From Candidatus Kaiserbacteria bacterium RIFCSPLOWO2_01_FULL_50_24 (GTDB taxonomy: Bacteria; Patescibacteriota; Minisyncoccia; Phycocordibacterales; UBA2100), in NCBI GenBank assembly GCA_001783335.1, contig MFLU01000016.1, positions 688-64,687 of the forward strand: a stretch of 64,000 nt of DNA, read 5' to 3'. The notes beneath the pieces were generated by a model that was not told the origin of the DNA, did no database searches, and worked only from the letters and a program-made list of their open reading frames with translations. Shown here in pieces: positions 49,962 to 59,126 of this stretch (position 1 is its first letter; every line of letters begins with the position of its first letter). The position numbers were made by a program, and so were the translations under genes.

Positions 49962-50675
49962 TTACGCATACCTCGCGAGAAGCGAGTCTAACTCTGCGCC
50001 GAAGCCAGACATCTTTTCTTTTGGAATATCGAGCATGCGGCGCACATGCGGATTCATGGGGTGCCGCGGTTCCACAATGACAACGTGGGACACTCTCTCT
50101 CCTTTCGGATCGGTATCGGCCGTTATCGTCGCCACTCGCAACGCCACATTCTGATACAAAATTCGCAACGTATCGCCTATTTTCTGACACCGCGGTCCTT
50201 GGAAGGGAGAGGAAACGAGAGTCAGATTCTCAATGCCGCGTGCATCGCACAGGCGCATGAAATTCATAGTTTCATCAAACGTATTTTTTGAATGCGTATC
50301 AACATGCGTATTTTTTGTAAGTATACGCATAGCGTCTCCCCGCTCGCATATATTGAATGTGTGCAGTTCATTCGCGTGATTAAGCATATGCTCGTAGATT
50401 ATCTGGCCCTCCAACTCTCCGTCCTTGCTTGACCCGCCGCCGCCAACGTAGAGAAGATCTGCGTCATTCGCACATGCCAGCTCAAGCCCGCGCGATGCAC
50501 GCCCGAGCACCCTGTCTTGCGGCTTTCCCCACACAATCCATTCCCAGTCCGGCATATGTACGCCGTAACCGTGCACAAGAACCGCCGTTTTTTCTGCATC
50601 GTATCTCTCCTTCATTTTCTGCGACAAAAGTAGCATTTTGGAGCACGGCGCGCAAACAAGTCCACCCATATACAC
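49962..50675 (-). CDS. YdcF/DUF218-like protein
   Basis: VHGYG...GRASRGLEL...GGG...SKNTFDE...LVSSPFQGPR; start uncertain. Confidence 0.5.
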   Translation of the reverse strand: MYMGGLVCAPCSKMLLLSQKMKERYDAEKTAVLVHGYGVHMPDWEWIVWGKPQDRVLGRASRGLELACANDADLLYVGGGGSSKDGELEGQIIYEHMLNHANELHTFNICERGDAMRILTKNTHVDTHSKNTFDETMNFMRLCDARGIENLTLVSSPFQGPRCQKIGDTLRILYQNVALRVATITADTDPKGERVSHVVIVEPRHPMNPHVRRMLDIPKEKMSGFGAELDSLLARYA

Positions 50676-50691
50676 CCGAGTTGGCAGTTGC

Positions 50692-50738
50692 TACGGAGGA
50701 CTCTCCTTCGTCCTTTGGACGAAGGAGAGTCCTCCGTA
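50692..50738. repeat. Perfect 22-bp stem hairpin
   Basis: TACGGAGGACTCTCCTTCGTCC-TTT-GGACGAAGGAGAGTCCTCCGTA. Confidence 0.9.
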
Positions 50739-50743
50739 AGTTG

Positions 50744-51955
50744 CTATGTATCCAACACACGATTAAATACCCTTTCGCGCATGTCGCGCGCTATGATATT
50801 CCAGTCGTATTTTTTCTCAACCATCTGCTTTGCAATTTCCGTCACCTTTTTCACCTGTCCCGGACGGGCGAGAATATCTTTTACGGCATTCGCAATCTGT
50901 TCGGAAGAATTTTTGTCCACTGCCCAACCAGTTGTTGACTTATCGGGATTCCTTTTTTCATCAAAAAGAAAATCTGCGATGCCACCCTCTTGAGTTGCAA
51001 CGACCGGAATCCCGGCCGCCATCGCTTCAATAAATGAATTACCCATGCCTTCCGAGCGGCTTGGGCGGACAAAAATATCGCACGCCTTAAGGTATGGCGA
51101 AATGTTTTCTATGGGGACGTATGGATGAAAATGCACACGCTCTGACGTGTGAAGCTCACGAGCCAATTGTGCAAGAGCCAGCTGTTCACGCCCATCGCCC
51201 AATAGAAAGACATGGACGTATTCGGGTAAGAACGTGAGTGACCGAATAACATCATCGAGGGCGTTTTTATGTGCAAGGCGTCCCGTATGAACGAGCCACA
51301 CTTCACCATCACGTTTTCCAATTACCTTTTTAACCTGTTCAAGTTCTGTATATGGAACTGGGCGCGAAAAGTGCCTCACATTTACTGCGTTTGAAATGAC
51401 TTCAAGGGGTCCCTTGAAGTCAAAAAGTGGCGCCCATTGCGACAGAAAGGTAGAAATGGATTGCACCACTGTCGCATTGCGAAAACCAATCTTGAGGAGT
51501 GGCGCCAGCGGTCCGATATACCATCGCTTGAATGTGTGATCAAACGGGTCTCCCTCCTGAAGAGTCAGTGCGTACGGAATTCTTATTCCAGCAAGACGCA
51601 AGAGAACCAAAGGAAATAGCATGTATGACATCATTGCCCACGCACCGTCAAAATCGAGGGCGCGATGTAACGCTCGTGCTTTCCATGCCGCCAATACAAC
51701 AAACAAAATTTTTGAAATATAAAAAACTGGGTTATATGTCTCTTCGGCAGAAGTGCCTTTCTTGCCGAATCCCATGCGATGCACCATAACATTTCCGATT
51801 AGCTCCTCCTTCGGCTTGGTTGAATCAAACCGTAAAGTAATCATGTGGAACTCAATGTCATTGATACGGTCTGTAATCTCTTTAATGGCAACCTCCGCAC
51901 CGCCAACAAATGTCGGATAATACGCGAGTGAGAATATAAGAATCTTTTTTTTCAC
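50744..51955 (-). CDS. GT4 glycosyltransferase
   Basis: ILIFSLAYYPTFVGGAE, RPSRSEGMGNSFIEAMAAG; probable GTG start at 51955 (ORF track uses 52003). Confidence 0.88.
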   Translation of the reverse strand: MKKKILIFSLAYYPTFVGGAEVAIKEITDRINDIEFHMITLRFDSTKPKEELIGNVMVHRMGFGKKGTSAEETYNPVFYISKILFVVLAAWKARALHRALDFDGAWAMMSYMLFPLVLLRLAGIRIPYALTLQEGDPFDHTFKRWYIGPLAPLLKIGFRNATVVQSISTFLSQWAPLFDFKGPLEVISNAVNVRHFSRPVPYTELEQVKKVIGKRDGEVWLVHTGRLAHKNALDDVIRSLTFLPEYVHVFLLGDGREQLALAQLARELHTSERVHFHPYVPIENISPYLKACDIFVRPSRSEGMGNSFIEAMAAGIPVVATQEGGIADFLFDEKRNPDKSTTGWAVDKNSSEQIANAVKDILARPGQVKKVTEIAKQMVEKKYDWNIIARDMRERVFNRVLDT

Positions 51956-52084
51956 CCCGTTAGAAGTCTGTTTTAATTGGTTGTTGTGATTTATTTCAAA
52001 CATAATTTGTTTTTTGTGTATTTCCAGCTAATCCAACGCAGAAAAATTTAGCTTAATTTTTCTGCCAAGAACTTCTAACAGGGT
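51954..52084. repeat. 131-nt element with CCCCGTTAGA-family terminal inverted repeats
   Basis: ACCCCGTTAGAAGT ... ACTTCTAACAGGGT; inner GCAGAAAAATT/AATTTTTCTGC hairpin. Confidence 0.8.
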
Positions 52085-53542
52085 TCATTTTATACGCTTG
52101 CGCACAAATCCAGAATACGCGAATCGAATAGCGTTCGCGAAAGCATCTCCGTCGCCAATCGAACGACGCAGGTCTTTTCGATAGGAAAGCGCGGCCGCTT
52201 CTTTCTCTTGCATCTCATCACCGCCATATACCTGATCGGCATCACTTAGTACGAGCCGCAAAAATGCCCGCCTAAGGCGTGGGACGTGCGAAATGTCCTG
52301 ATCGGCAAGTGTGATGAGGAAAGGCAACCTGCTCGATCGCTTGAGCAGGATGCCCAAGAGCGCCGCATAGCTTGCCATCAGGGCCCATGCGAAAAGATAG
52401 TTGTGTTCGCGATGCAAAGCTCGCGCTTTTGTAAACCCCAAAATGGGAAGCAAATATTTATCAAACCGTCGACCAAAGCCAATATGATGCACGTGTGCGT
52501 TTTGAATTGGGCAAACCACATTTACAGCATCTTTCGAAAAAGCAGTCGTTACGATGTCAAATTGCACATTTGGCATCGCGGTCATGAGATCACATAGCGC
52601 ATCCTCCGCCGGGCCAGAGACAGGGTGGAAAGTGGTAGAAAATACGAGCACGCGCTTTTCGAGCGCCGATGTGCGCTCGTGCATGCGCAGAAATTCGCGA
52701 ATATATTCCTCAACGGACCGCTTTGCGCTCCAACCGAGCATATTCGATTTCACAGTATCAAGCCTGGATTGCATGCGGTTACCGACACGTTCCGGCATCA
52801 TGATAATGTCGCTTCCAAAGAGGCGTGCAATATTGGTGATAGAAAAAGAGCGCTCGTTGCCCAAGCCGTATTCATCGCCATGCCCTTTTTCTCCAACAAG
52901 CAAGAGACCGTCAACAATGTCGTCCACGTGCGTGAAATTACGCTCCTGCGTACCTGGCGCAACAACTGTAAGCGGTGTCCCGCGCAGATACATCTGCTTA
53001 AAACTCTCAACAATGGTGCCGTAGACACCGGTACGCTCGCGTGGACCAAATACATTGTAGAAATATGTGACGGCGTACGGCAGGCCATCCCGCTCTCCCA
53101 CTTCTTTCACCAACTCGCTGTTAGCCGCCTTCGTCGCAGCATATGGAGAAGTGCTTCGCGCCGTGCCGCCATCGCCAAACTTGGTGCTTGAACCAGCATA
53201 TATCAGCTTGGACCGGCACGTGCGCCAGAATTCAATGACTGCGGCCGTTCCGATAGTGTTTAGATTGTGTACGACGTCCGGCTCAAACACGCTCTGTTCA
53301 ACGCGCGAATATTCCCCAAGATGAAAAATAATGTCCGGCGTTTCAGGAATATGCTTTGCAATATCTTTTGTGTGGCCTTCGCGATACTCAACATCCTTCA
53401 CATGATTTTCTTTGTAGCCCGTGAAGTAGTTGTCCAGCGATATGACCATGTGTCCTTCCTTTGCGAGTCGTTCGCACAAATGCGAGCCGACGAACCCGGC
53501 ACCACCTGTGACTAGAATGAGTTTTTTTGTGTTATCGCTCAT
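52085..53542 (-). CDS. NAD-dependent epimerase fused to a GT4 N-terminal-like domain
   Basis: VTGGAGFVG, SPYAATK, YFYNVFGP; C-terminal VLVFSTTFHPVSGPAE resembles the N-terminus of the next gene. Confidence 0.75.
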   Translation of the reverse strand: MSDNTKKLILVTGGAGFVGSHLCERLAKEGHMVISLDNYFTGYKENHVKDVEYREGHTKDIAKHIPETPDIIFHLGEYSRVEQSVFEPDVVHNLNTIGTAAVIEFWRTCRSKLIYAGSSTKFGDGGTARSTSPYAATKAANSELVKEVGERDGLPYAVTYFYNVFGPRERTGVYGTIVESFKQMYLRGTPLTVVAPGTQERNFTHVDDIVDGLLLVGEKGHGDEYGLGNERSFSITNIARLFGSDIIMMPERVGNRMQSRLDTVKSNMLGWSAKRSVEEYIREFLRMHERTSALEKRVLVFSTTFHPVSGPAEDALCDLMTAMPNVQFDIVTTAFSKDAVNVVCPIQNAHVHHIGFGRRFDKYLLPILGFTKARALHREHNYLFAWALMASYAALLGILLKRSSRLPFLITLADQDISHVPRLRRAFLRLVLSDADQVYGGDEMQEKEAAALSYRKDLRRSIGDGDAFANAIRFAYSGFVRKRIK

Positions 53543-53660
53543 ATATAAACAGACGCGATACGAAAGTTGCCAAAGAGCGGTGAGTGACAGGATGGTGCTG
53601 GGCATGCCCCGCTTCCCCCGTTACGAGAATAGTTTTTTGCTGCATTTCTCAAGATTACCC

Positions 53661-55022
53661 CTATCCGGCGCTTTCATCAATTATTTTCCAGTCGTCTTTT
53701 TGTTTGCGCCGAATTGCATACACCGCGCCCGCGCCGAGAAGTGAAATAAGCGCGGCGCCCAACCACCACGCGTAGGAAACGCGCGTATCGGCCGTGCTTG
53801 CCGCCGCGAGTTGCGTAGTAGTAGCAACTGACTCCGCCTCGAACTCCGTATTTGTTTCCACTTCCGATTCCGATGTATGTACGCTGACTGACGGCGTAAG
53901 AGAGACGCGAGAGCTTGGTGCTTTAGTTTCGCTTACAAATGGCTCAATCGCCGTGTGAGCCGTTTTTGGCGGCTCTGTTTTCTCCACTTCCTTCACGCGC
54001 ACCGCGACAGCGCCACTCGGAAATTGCAGCTCCGCCTTTGCGGCTGCGTGAAAACGCAACAGTGTGGGTGAAAGACGCAGAGTAGCTCCCGGAAGAATCA
54101 CTGTGTGCTCCGGAAGAGTGAATGTGTGAAAATCCATAACGACGCGCCAGAGTGAAATATCGGCATTGCGTCTTCCTTTGTTTGAGAGTACGACGCCACC
54201 GTCTTCCGAAAGCGCGAGTGTGAGCTCCACCTCCTCTGCAACAACGGTAATGCGGTGCGTCGCGTACGCACCATAATGAAATACTTTGAGAACGACCGCA
54301 TAGCGCCCCGAGTAAAGAAAGCGGTGCGTGACCTCCTTTCCTTCCGCCGTCGTGCCGTCTCCGAAGTTCCATGTGTAGTGCACGTTCTCCATTGGTTTCT
54401 TCTTGTCGTCATGCGCCAGACCTATGAACGGCACATCCGTGCCGATGGTCACCGTTCGATTTTCTCCCGCCTGTGCGGTGAGCTTCATGTCGGATGTTTC
54501 GTATGTGGTGGATGTATCCGACGACGTTTGGGTTTGTTCTGTTTGTGTGTCTTCTTGCGGCTCGTCTTCTGTGGTTTGCGAAACGCCGCCACTTACCGTG
54601 ATGTGGTCTTTAATGTTGTTGAATGTCACTTCCCCAATTCCACTGACGTTCTTGATGTCTTCTATTGTAGCGAACGGACCGTGTTCGGTACGATAGTCAA
54701 TAATAGCTTGTGCTTTCACATCCCCGATGCCGGTTAGTGTCATTAGAGTAGCTTTGTCGGCAATATTTATATTGACAGCATGGTCGGCATACGCAAACGG
54801 CTGCACAAAAAGAAAAACGGCACACACCGCAAAAATTCCGTAGTATGTTCTGAAAACCCTCCGCTTCGTGAGGCGTACCTCTTCGGGGTCGCTGTCTGGG
54901 CTTGCTAGCCCAGCGCTCACTCTCGGCTCGTCAGCCTGCGAGAGACCCCGAAGAGACACGCCTCCTCGCTCCGGGTAAGCAAAGCTTTCCGGCAGCGCTC
55001 GTTCGGAAACGGAAAAATTCAT
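53661..55022 (-). CDS. comEA: ComEA-like HhH DNA-binding protein with a PKD domain and C-terminal membrane anchor
   Basis: VNINIADKATLMTLTGIGDVKAQAIIDYR...GPFATIEDIKNVSGIG; YTWNFGDG (PKD); start uncertain (in-frame ATG 55022 lies inside a structured element). Confidence 0.75.
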   Translation of the reverse strand: MNFSVSERALPESFAYPERGGVSLRGLSQADEPRVSAGLASPDSDPEEVRLTKRRVFRTYYGIFAVCAVFLFVQPFAYADHAVNINIADKATLMTLTGIGDVKAQAIIDYRTEHGPFATIEDIKNVSGIGEVTFNNIKDHITVSGGVSQTTEDEPQEDTQTEQTQTSSDTSTTYETSDMKLTAQAGENRTVTIGTDVPFIGLAHDDKKKPMENVHYTWNFGDGTTAEGKEVTHRFLYSGRYAVVLKVFHYGAYATHRITVVAEEVELTLALSEDGGVVLSNKGRRNADISLWRVVMDFHTFTLPEHTVILPGATLRLSPTLLRFHAAAKAELQFPSGAVAVRVKEVEKTEPPKTAHTAIEPFVSETKAPSSRVSLTPSVSVHTSESEVETNTEFEAESVATTTQLAAASTADTRVSYAWWLGAALISLLGAGAVYAIRRKQKDDWKIIDESAG

Positions 55023-55068
55023 TTTACCGTTTCGCTCACTCGTTTGCCGGTTAACAGTTTCAGAACAT
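54845..55068. other. About 220-nt branched self-complementary element at the comEA 5' end
   Basis: ATGTTCTGAAA/TTTCAGAACAT termini; GAGGCGT/ACGCCTC, CTCTTCGGGGTC/GACCCCGAAGAG, CCGGCA/TGCCGG and GAAACGG/CCGTTTC stems; CGCTCACTC junctions. Confidence 0.75.
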
Positions 55069-55071
55069 GCT

Positions 55072-56973
55072 TTAGCGTTCGCTTTCTTTTGAGTCGCGCA
55101 GAATACTGCGTAAAACTTCGGGAGAAACTTCTTTTGGTCCACTCTGGTCTTGCGGAGGAGGAGCCGCCTTGTGTACTGATTCGTCACGTTTAATTCGCTC
55201 GCGCAGTAGGTCTGCGGGAGATTTGTGCGGCTCGCCGTGAGCCCGAATCGGTTCACTTTTTGCTTTTTGAATAGCAGAGCGAAGCGCGTCGCGGTTGGCA
55301 AATTCTGCGTTGTCTCCCTGTTCTCCCTCGTCTCTTGGAGCCGATTCGGACTCACGGCGAACCGATTCGGGAGGACGTGGCGAAACGGAACGCATTGGTG
55401 CAACGGGCTCACGGCGAACAGACCCGCGAAAAGGCGCGTGCCCTTGAGAACTCTCGTGTTCGCGCCTTTGTTCTTCCCTATCTCTACTAAATGGCTCACG
55501 TTTTGGTGATTGTTCATACCGATCTCTCCTCTCTCCAATGTCTCGCGGAGGAGGAGATGCGCGACCATCATACCCCGACGAGCGCACAAAGTCCCGCGCG
55601 GGCGGCTTCCCCCCTCTGTCTCCTTGCCACTCTGCTCTTTCTCTCTTGAGAGGCGCGGGTGGTGGTCGGAATTCTGCCTGTCGCGCCGCAACAGCCGCTT
55701 CTACGTCTTCTCGCCGCTTGCCGAACTGTGTCCGTGAGAAGTTGACGACATCCTCGCGGTACGATACATCCGGCGTCTCTATCGGCGGAATGGTTTCTGC
55801 GGAAAAAGGCGCCGAGCCGACACCATCTATCATAAGCGTCAGATAAATTTGCCCGAGGCCGAGCCCCACGAGGTCTTCCGCCATAAAGGTCGGCTCAAAC
55901 ACGGTCTTCAAAACCTCCGCATCAAACGGCCCCACGCGAAAACAAATGAGTGTACCGATGTTGCCAAACACCGCATTGCGTACATTTTCTTCCATCTGCT
56001 CTATGTACTGGTTTGCAAGCGTGAGCGCGAGTTTGTATTTGCGCGACTCCGAAAGAATATCGGCAAACGCCTCGTTCATCATTGATTGAAACTCGTCAAC
56101 GTAGAAATACACGCGCGGCAAGCGCACCATACGCGCCTCCGGTTCGTCGGCGCGGCTCATCGCCGCTAAATAAATTTTAACCACAAGCATGCTCCCGAGA
56201 AGCGATGCGTTCGTTTCCCCCATGCGACCCTTTGAAAGATTCACGATGAGTATCTTTTTCTCGTCCATCATTTTGCGCATGTCAAACGACGATTTCGGCT
56301 GGCCGATGATGTTGCGTATCAAAGGATTCGCGACGAACTGGCCGATTTTGTTCTGTATCGCCGGTGTCGCCTCTTGCGTGTAGCGGTCGGTGTAGGTGGC
56401 AAATTCCTCCACCCAAAACGCGCGCACGACGGGGTCGTTTATTTTCTCCACCACCGCCTTCCGAAATTCTTTGTTGATGAGCATGCGGTTCACGTCCAAA
56501 AGCGTTGAACCCGGATACTCCAAAAGAGCGAGGAGCGTATTTTGTAAAATGTATTCCATGCGCGCGCTCCACGCGTCTACCCAAATGCGCTTCAGGGCAC
56601 CCATGAGGCCGGAGACGACGAGGTGGCGCTTGTCGTAGCCCACATCTTCCATCACGTTGAAACCTATGGGGTGGTCGGTATCAAACGGCGCGAAGTAAAG
56701 AACGTCTTTTATGCGCTCATGCGGAACGAAGTCAAGCAGTTTTTCCGCCGTGGAGCCGTGCGGGTCAATGTAGGCAATACCTTCACCATTCTGAATATCC
56801 TGAATCGCCATGTTCTCCAACATGGTGGATTTTCCCATGCCCGTCTTTCCGATAACGTAAATGTGCTTTCCGCGATCAATGGCGCGAATACCGAAAATCT
56901 CACGCTTCCCGCGCGTGTGCGTAGAGGCGAAATAGGTTATCCGCCGCTCGTCATCCTGATTATCAGGACCCAT
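55072..56973 (-). CDS. VirB4/TraG-like (HerA/FtsK superfamily) ATPase with a low-complexity C-terminal tail
   Basis: HIYVIGKTGMGKS (Walker A), IDPHG, YVDEFQ (Walker B), SESRKYKL, ANQY. Confidence 0.85.
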   Translation of the reverse strand: MGPDNQDDERRITYFASTHTRGKREIFGIRAIDRGKHIYVIGKTGMGKSTMLENMAIQDIQNGEGIAYIDPHGSTAEKLLDFVPHERIKDVLYFAPFDTDHPIGFNVMEDVGYDKRHLVVSGLMGALKRIWVDAWSARMEYILQNTLLALLEYPGSTLLDVNRMLINKEFRKAVVEKINDPVVRAFWVEEFATYTDRYTQEATPAIQNKIGQFVANPLIRNIIGQPKSSFDMRKMMDEKKILIVNLSKGRMGETNASLLGSMLVVKIYLAAMSRADEPEARMVRLPRVYFYVDEFQSMMNEAFADILSESRKYKLALTLANQYIEQMEENVRNAVFGNIGTLICFRVGPFDAEVLKTVFEPTFMAEDLVGLGLGQIYLTLMIDGVGSAPFSAETIPPIETPDVSYREDVVNFSRTQFGKRREDVEAAVAARQAEFRPPPAPLKRERAEWQGDRGGKPPARDFVRSSGYDGRASPPPRDIGERRDRYEQSPKREPFSRDREEQRREHESSQGHAPFRGSVRREPVAPMRSVSPRPPESVRRESESAPRDEGEQGDNAEFANRDALRSAIQKAKSEPIRAHGEPHKSPADLLRERIKRDESVHKAAPPPQDQSGPKEVSPEVLRSILRDSKESER

Positions 56974-57104
56974 GTGGACAGTATAAACCCTATCTGCAAT
57001 GTGGAGTAGTGAGATAAATTAAAAATTTAAATATCAAAATGAAAAATTACAGTTAAAAATTCAAAATGTCCGTTGCAAAACTATGGCGCACACAATCGTT
57101 AACA

Positions 57105-57398
57105 TCAGAGTCGCCGTTCTACTTCTTTGTAGTCACTCGAGCGATGGATAATCGCGACCACATGAACTGTATTCGAGATAATCTTAAAAACGACACGATA
57201 ATCGCCGACATGTAATGTGCGGCATCCTTTCAAGACATACTGGAGCGGCTTGCTGAATAATTCGGGTCGCGTAACTAATTTTTGCTCAATCGCAACACGT
57301 ACTTCGTCTTGCCAAAAATGGTCGAGAGAAATGATGTCCTCAAGAGCAAGCCGGTGATACGTTATCGGTCGCGGCGCTTGGCGGTTATCATTTTCCAT
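57105..57398 (-). CDS. RelE/ParE-family toxin
   Basis: FSKPLQYVLKGCRTLHVGDYRVVF...IIHRS; start uncertain. Confidence 0.75.
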   Translation of the reverse strand: MENDNRQAPRPITYHRLALEDIISLDHFWQDEVRVAIEQKLVTRPELFSKPLQYVLKGCRTLHVGDYRVVFKIISNTVHVVAIIHRSSDYKEVERRL

Positions 57399-57613
57399 AC
57401 TTTTTCATGCGGTATCCACGGACCCTTGTAATTCTTAAGCCGCTCATCAGCAATTTTGCTCAAGTAACGGTCCTCCTCGAGCTCTAGCGCTTCCTCAAGC
57501 AAACGCGCGACCTTGGTCGCCACGGGCTCTTGGTCCCGCTTCGCAAGAGCGCGCACATCAGCATAGGTGCGCTTTGAGACGCTGATATTAATTCTCTGTT
57601 TTGTGGTAGCCAT
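57362..57613 (-). CDS. RHH-type antitoxin
   Basis: MATTKQRINISV...LEEALELEEDRYLSKIADER...WIPHEKVW; overlaps the toxin gene. Confidence 0.75.
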   Translation of the reverse strand: MATTKQRINISVSKRTYADVRALAKRDQEPVATKVARLLEEALELEEDRYLSKIADERLKNYKGPWIPHEKVWKMITAKRRDR

Positions 57614-57683
57614 ATACGCAAGTGTATCACCTGTCAATCCGCCCAAACAAGACATACAAAACACAGGAACCAAACGAACGCTA

Positions 57684-57885
57684 AAATTCCAAGCACCAAG
57701 CGAGCATTAAAATCCAAAGCACCAAGCACCAAATCACAAACAAATCACAATGACCAAAATTCAAAGCATAAAACAGAATGCGTTTAGGACATTGGTATTT
57801 GGAATTTCGGTATTGTTTGGAATTTGGGATTTGTAATTTGTTATTTTTGCATCTTGGTTATTTGAGTAGTGGTTATTGGTTATTT
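57684..57885. repeat. Degenerate heptamer array arranged as a large inverted repeat
   Basis: AAATTCC/AAGCACC/AAATCAC units followed by GGTATTT/GGAATTT/GGGATTT/GTAATTT units. Confidence 0.7.
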
Positions 57886-59126
57886 TTGAGAACTTGTCTC
57901 AAACTATCGTATCTATTAGCAGGGTCCCAGAAAAACCACGAGGTGAGACCGGCGTCGTAGGTGGCGCGAATTTGGGCGTCAATGTCGGCGGGCAGATAAT
58001 CCTTGCCGTAATCAAAATCCTGCAACCACGGACGCAATTTTTTCGGGTCATGCACGGGCTTTGCATACACGGCGGGAGTAGAGGTGCCAATACGCTCGTG
58101 CGCGAACGACACAACGGGTGTCGTTGTCGCAAGAGCGCGGCGCACGGCGTGGCTCATGGAGTACTGCACCACCTTATACGGGTCACTATTTGGATTGCCG
58201 AGGCCTAAGAAACTTTTCGGATAATGTGATGGATAGACCATGGGAGCGACGTAATCAAAATACGGAAGCGTGCGCTCCAAGACCTGCCCAATGTTCAGGT
58301 CGTCAACATTCGTCGTCGTCATGCCAAAAAGATCTGCCGACATAACAGCGCCGGTCGGCTTTATTTCTGCGTGAAGATGCCAGAAGAATTTTTCAAGCTC
58401 CCCCGCGTAATCTTTAGAGGGATATACGATGTCCGACATGGGCCCGTCAGATGGCCAGCGAATATAATCGTAATTCAGTTCGTCAAAACCAATCGCGTAG
58501 GACTCTTTTGAAAGCTCTACAATGTAGTCCCAAAACGGCTCGCTGTTTACCGCTACAAAGGAAAGTCCTTTGTAGTCCTTCCACGGCTCGCCGGAGCGGC
58601 TCTTGCTTTGCACCGACTGCTCCGGATGCGCTTTCGCATAAAACGGGTCCTGAAACACCGTGATGCGGCCGATAACGTAAATCCCTTTGTCGTGCAGTTT
58701 CTCTATGAACTCCTTCATATCGCGCGCGCCGCACGCTGGAGAAGTGGAATCCGCGAGCGCTGGATTCTCGGAAGAAAATGAAATCCTTCCAGAGTAGTCC
58801 TTTATGTCAATGATGACCGCATTGAGTTGTGTGTTATCAATGAATTCTACGAGTGAATTGCGGAGCGACGGCGTGCCAACGGCGCACTGCGTCATGTAGA
58901 TGGCATACATCGGCTCCGGCGTCTTAAGGTGCACCGTCTGTGGTTCTACAACAATGACTTCTTCTGGAGTTTCGCGGTCAAATAATGGCGACTGTGTCGC
59001 AAATGCACTTGCAATAAGAAGACGCGCGGGATTCGAGGGGCCCGACACTGTAAAGAGTAGAACAGCGCCGGCGCCTGCGGCGCCGAGTACACAGAACACG
59101 GCTGTTTTAATTGCGGGGAGCATCAT
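57873..59126 (-). CDS. Putative glycoside hydrolase (DUF4015-like TIM barrel), membrane-anchored
   Basis: LNAVIIDIKD, GRITVFQD, GFDELNYDYIRWP, PMVYPSHY, RPWLQDF. Confidence 0.75.
   Translation of the reverse strand: MMLPAIKTAVFCVLGAAGAGAVLLFTVSGPSNPARLLIASAFATQSPLFDRETPEEVIVVEPQTVHLKTPEPMYAIYMTQCAVGTPSLRNSLVEFIDNTQLNAVIIDIKDYSGRISFSSENPALADSTSPACGARDMKEFIEKLHDKGIYVIGRITVFQDPFYAKAHPEQSVQSKSRSGEPWKDYKGLSFVAVNSEPFWDYIVELSKESYAIGFDELNYDYIRWPSDGPMSDIVYPSKDYAGELEKFFWHLHAEIKPTGAVMSADLFGMTTTNVDDLNIGQVLERTLPYFDYVAPMVYPSHYPKSFLGLGNPNSDPYKVVQYSMSHAVRRALATTTPVVSFAHERIGTSTPAVYAKPVHDPKKLRPWLQDFDYGKDYLPADIDAQIRATYDAGLTSWFFWDPANRYDSLRQVLKNNQ

Noticed and set aside
55023-55691. N-terminal ~220 aa of the 676-aa ORF 53661..55691
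   Set aside because: Overlaps the ATPase C-terminus in another frame with no recognisable domain; treated as an open-frame artefact
55072-56973. Conjugative element or ICE implied by the VirB4/TraG-like ATPase
   Set aside because: No relaxase, integrase or mating-pair genes in the window; flanked by housekeeping-type genes
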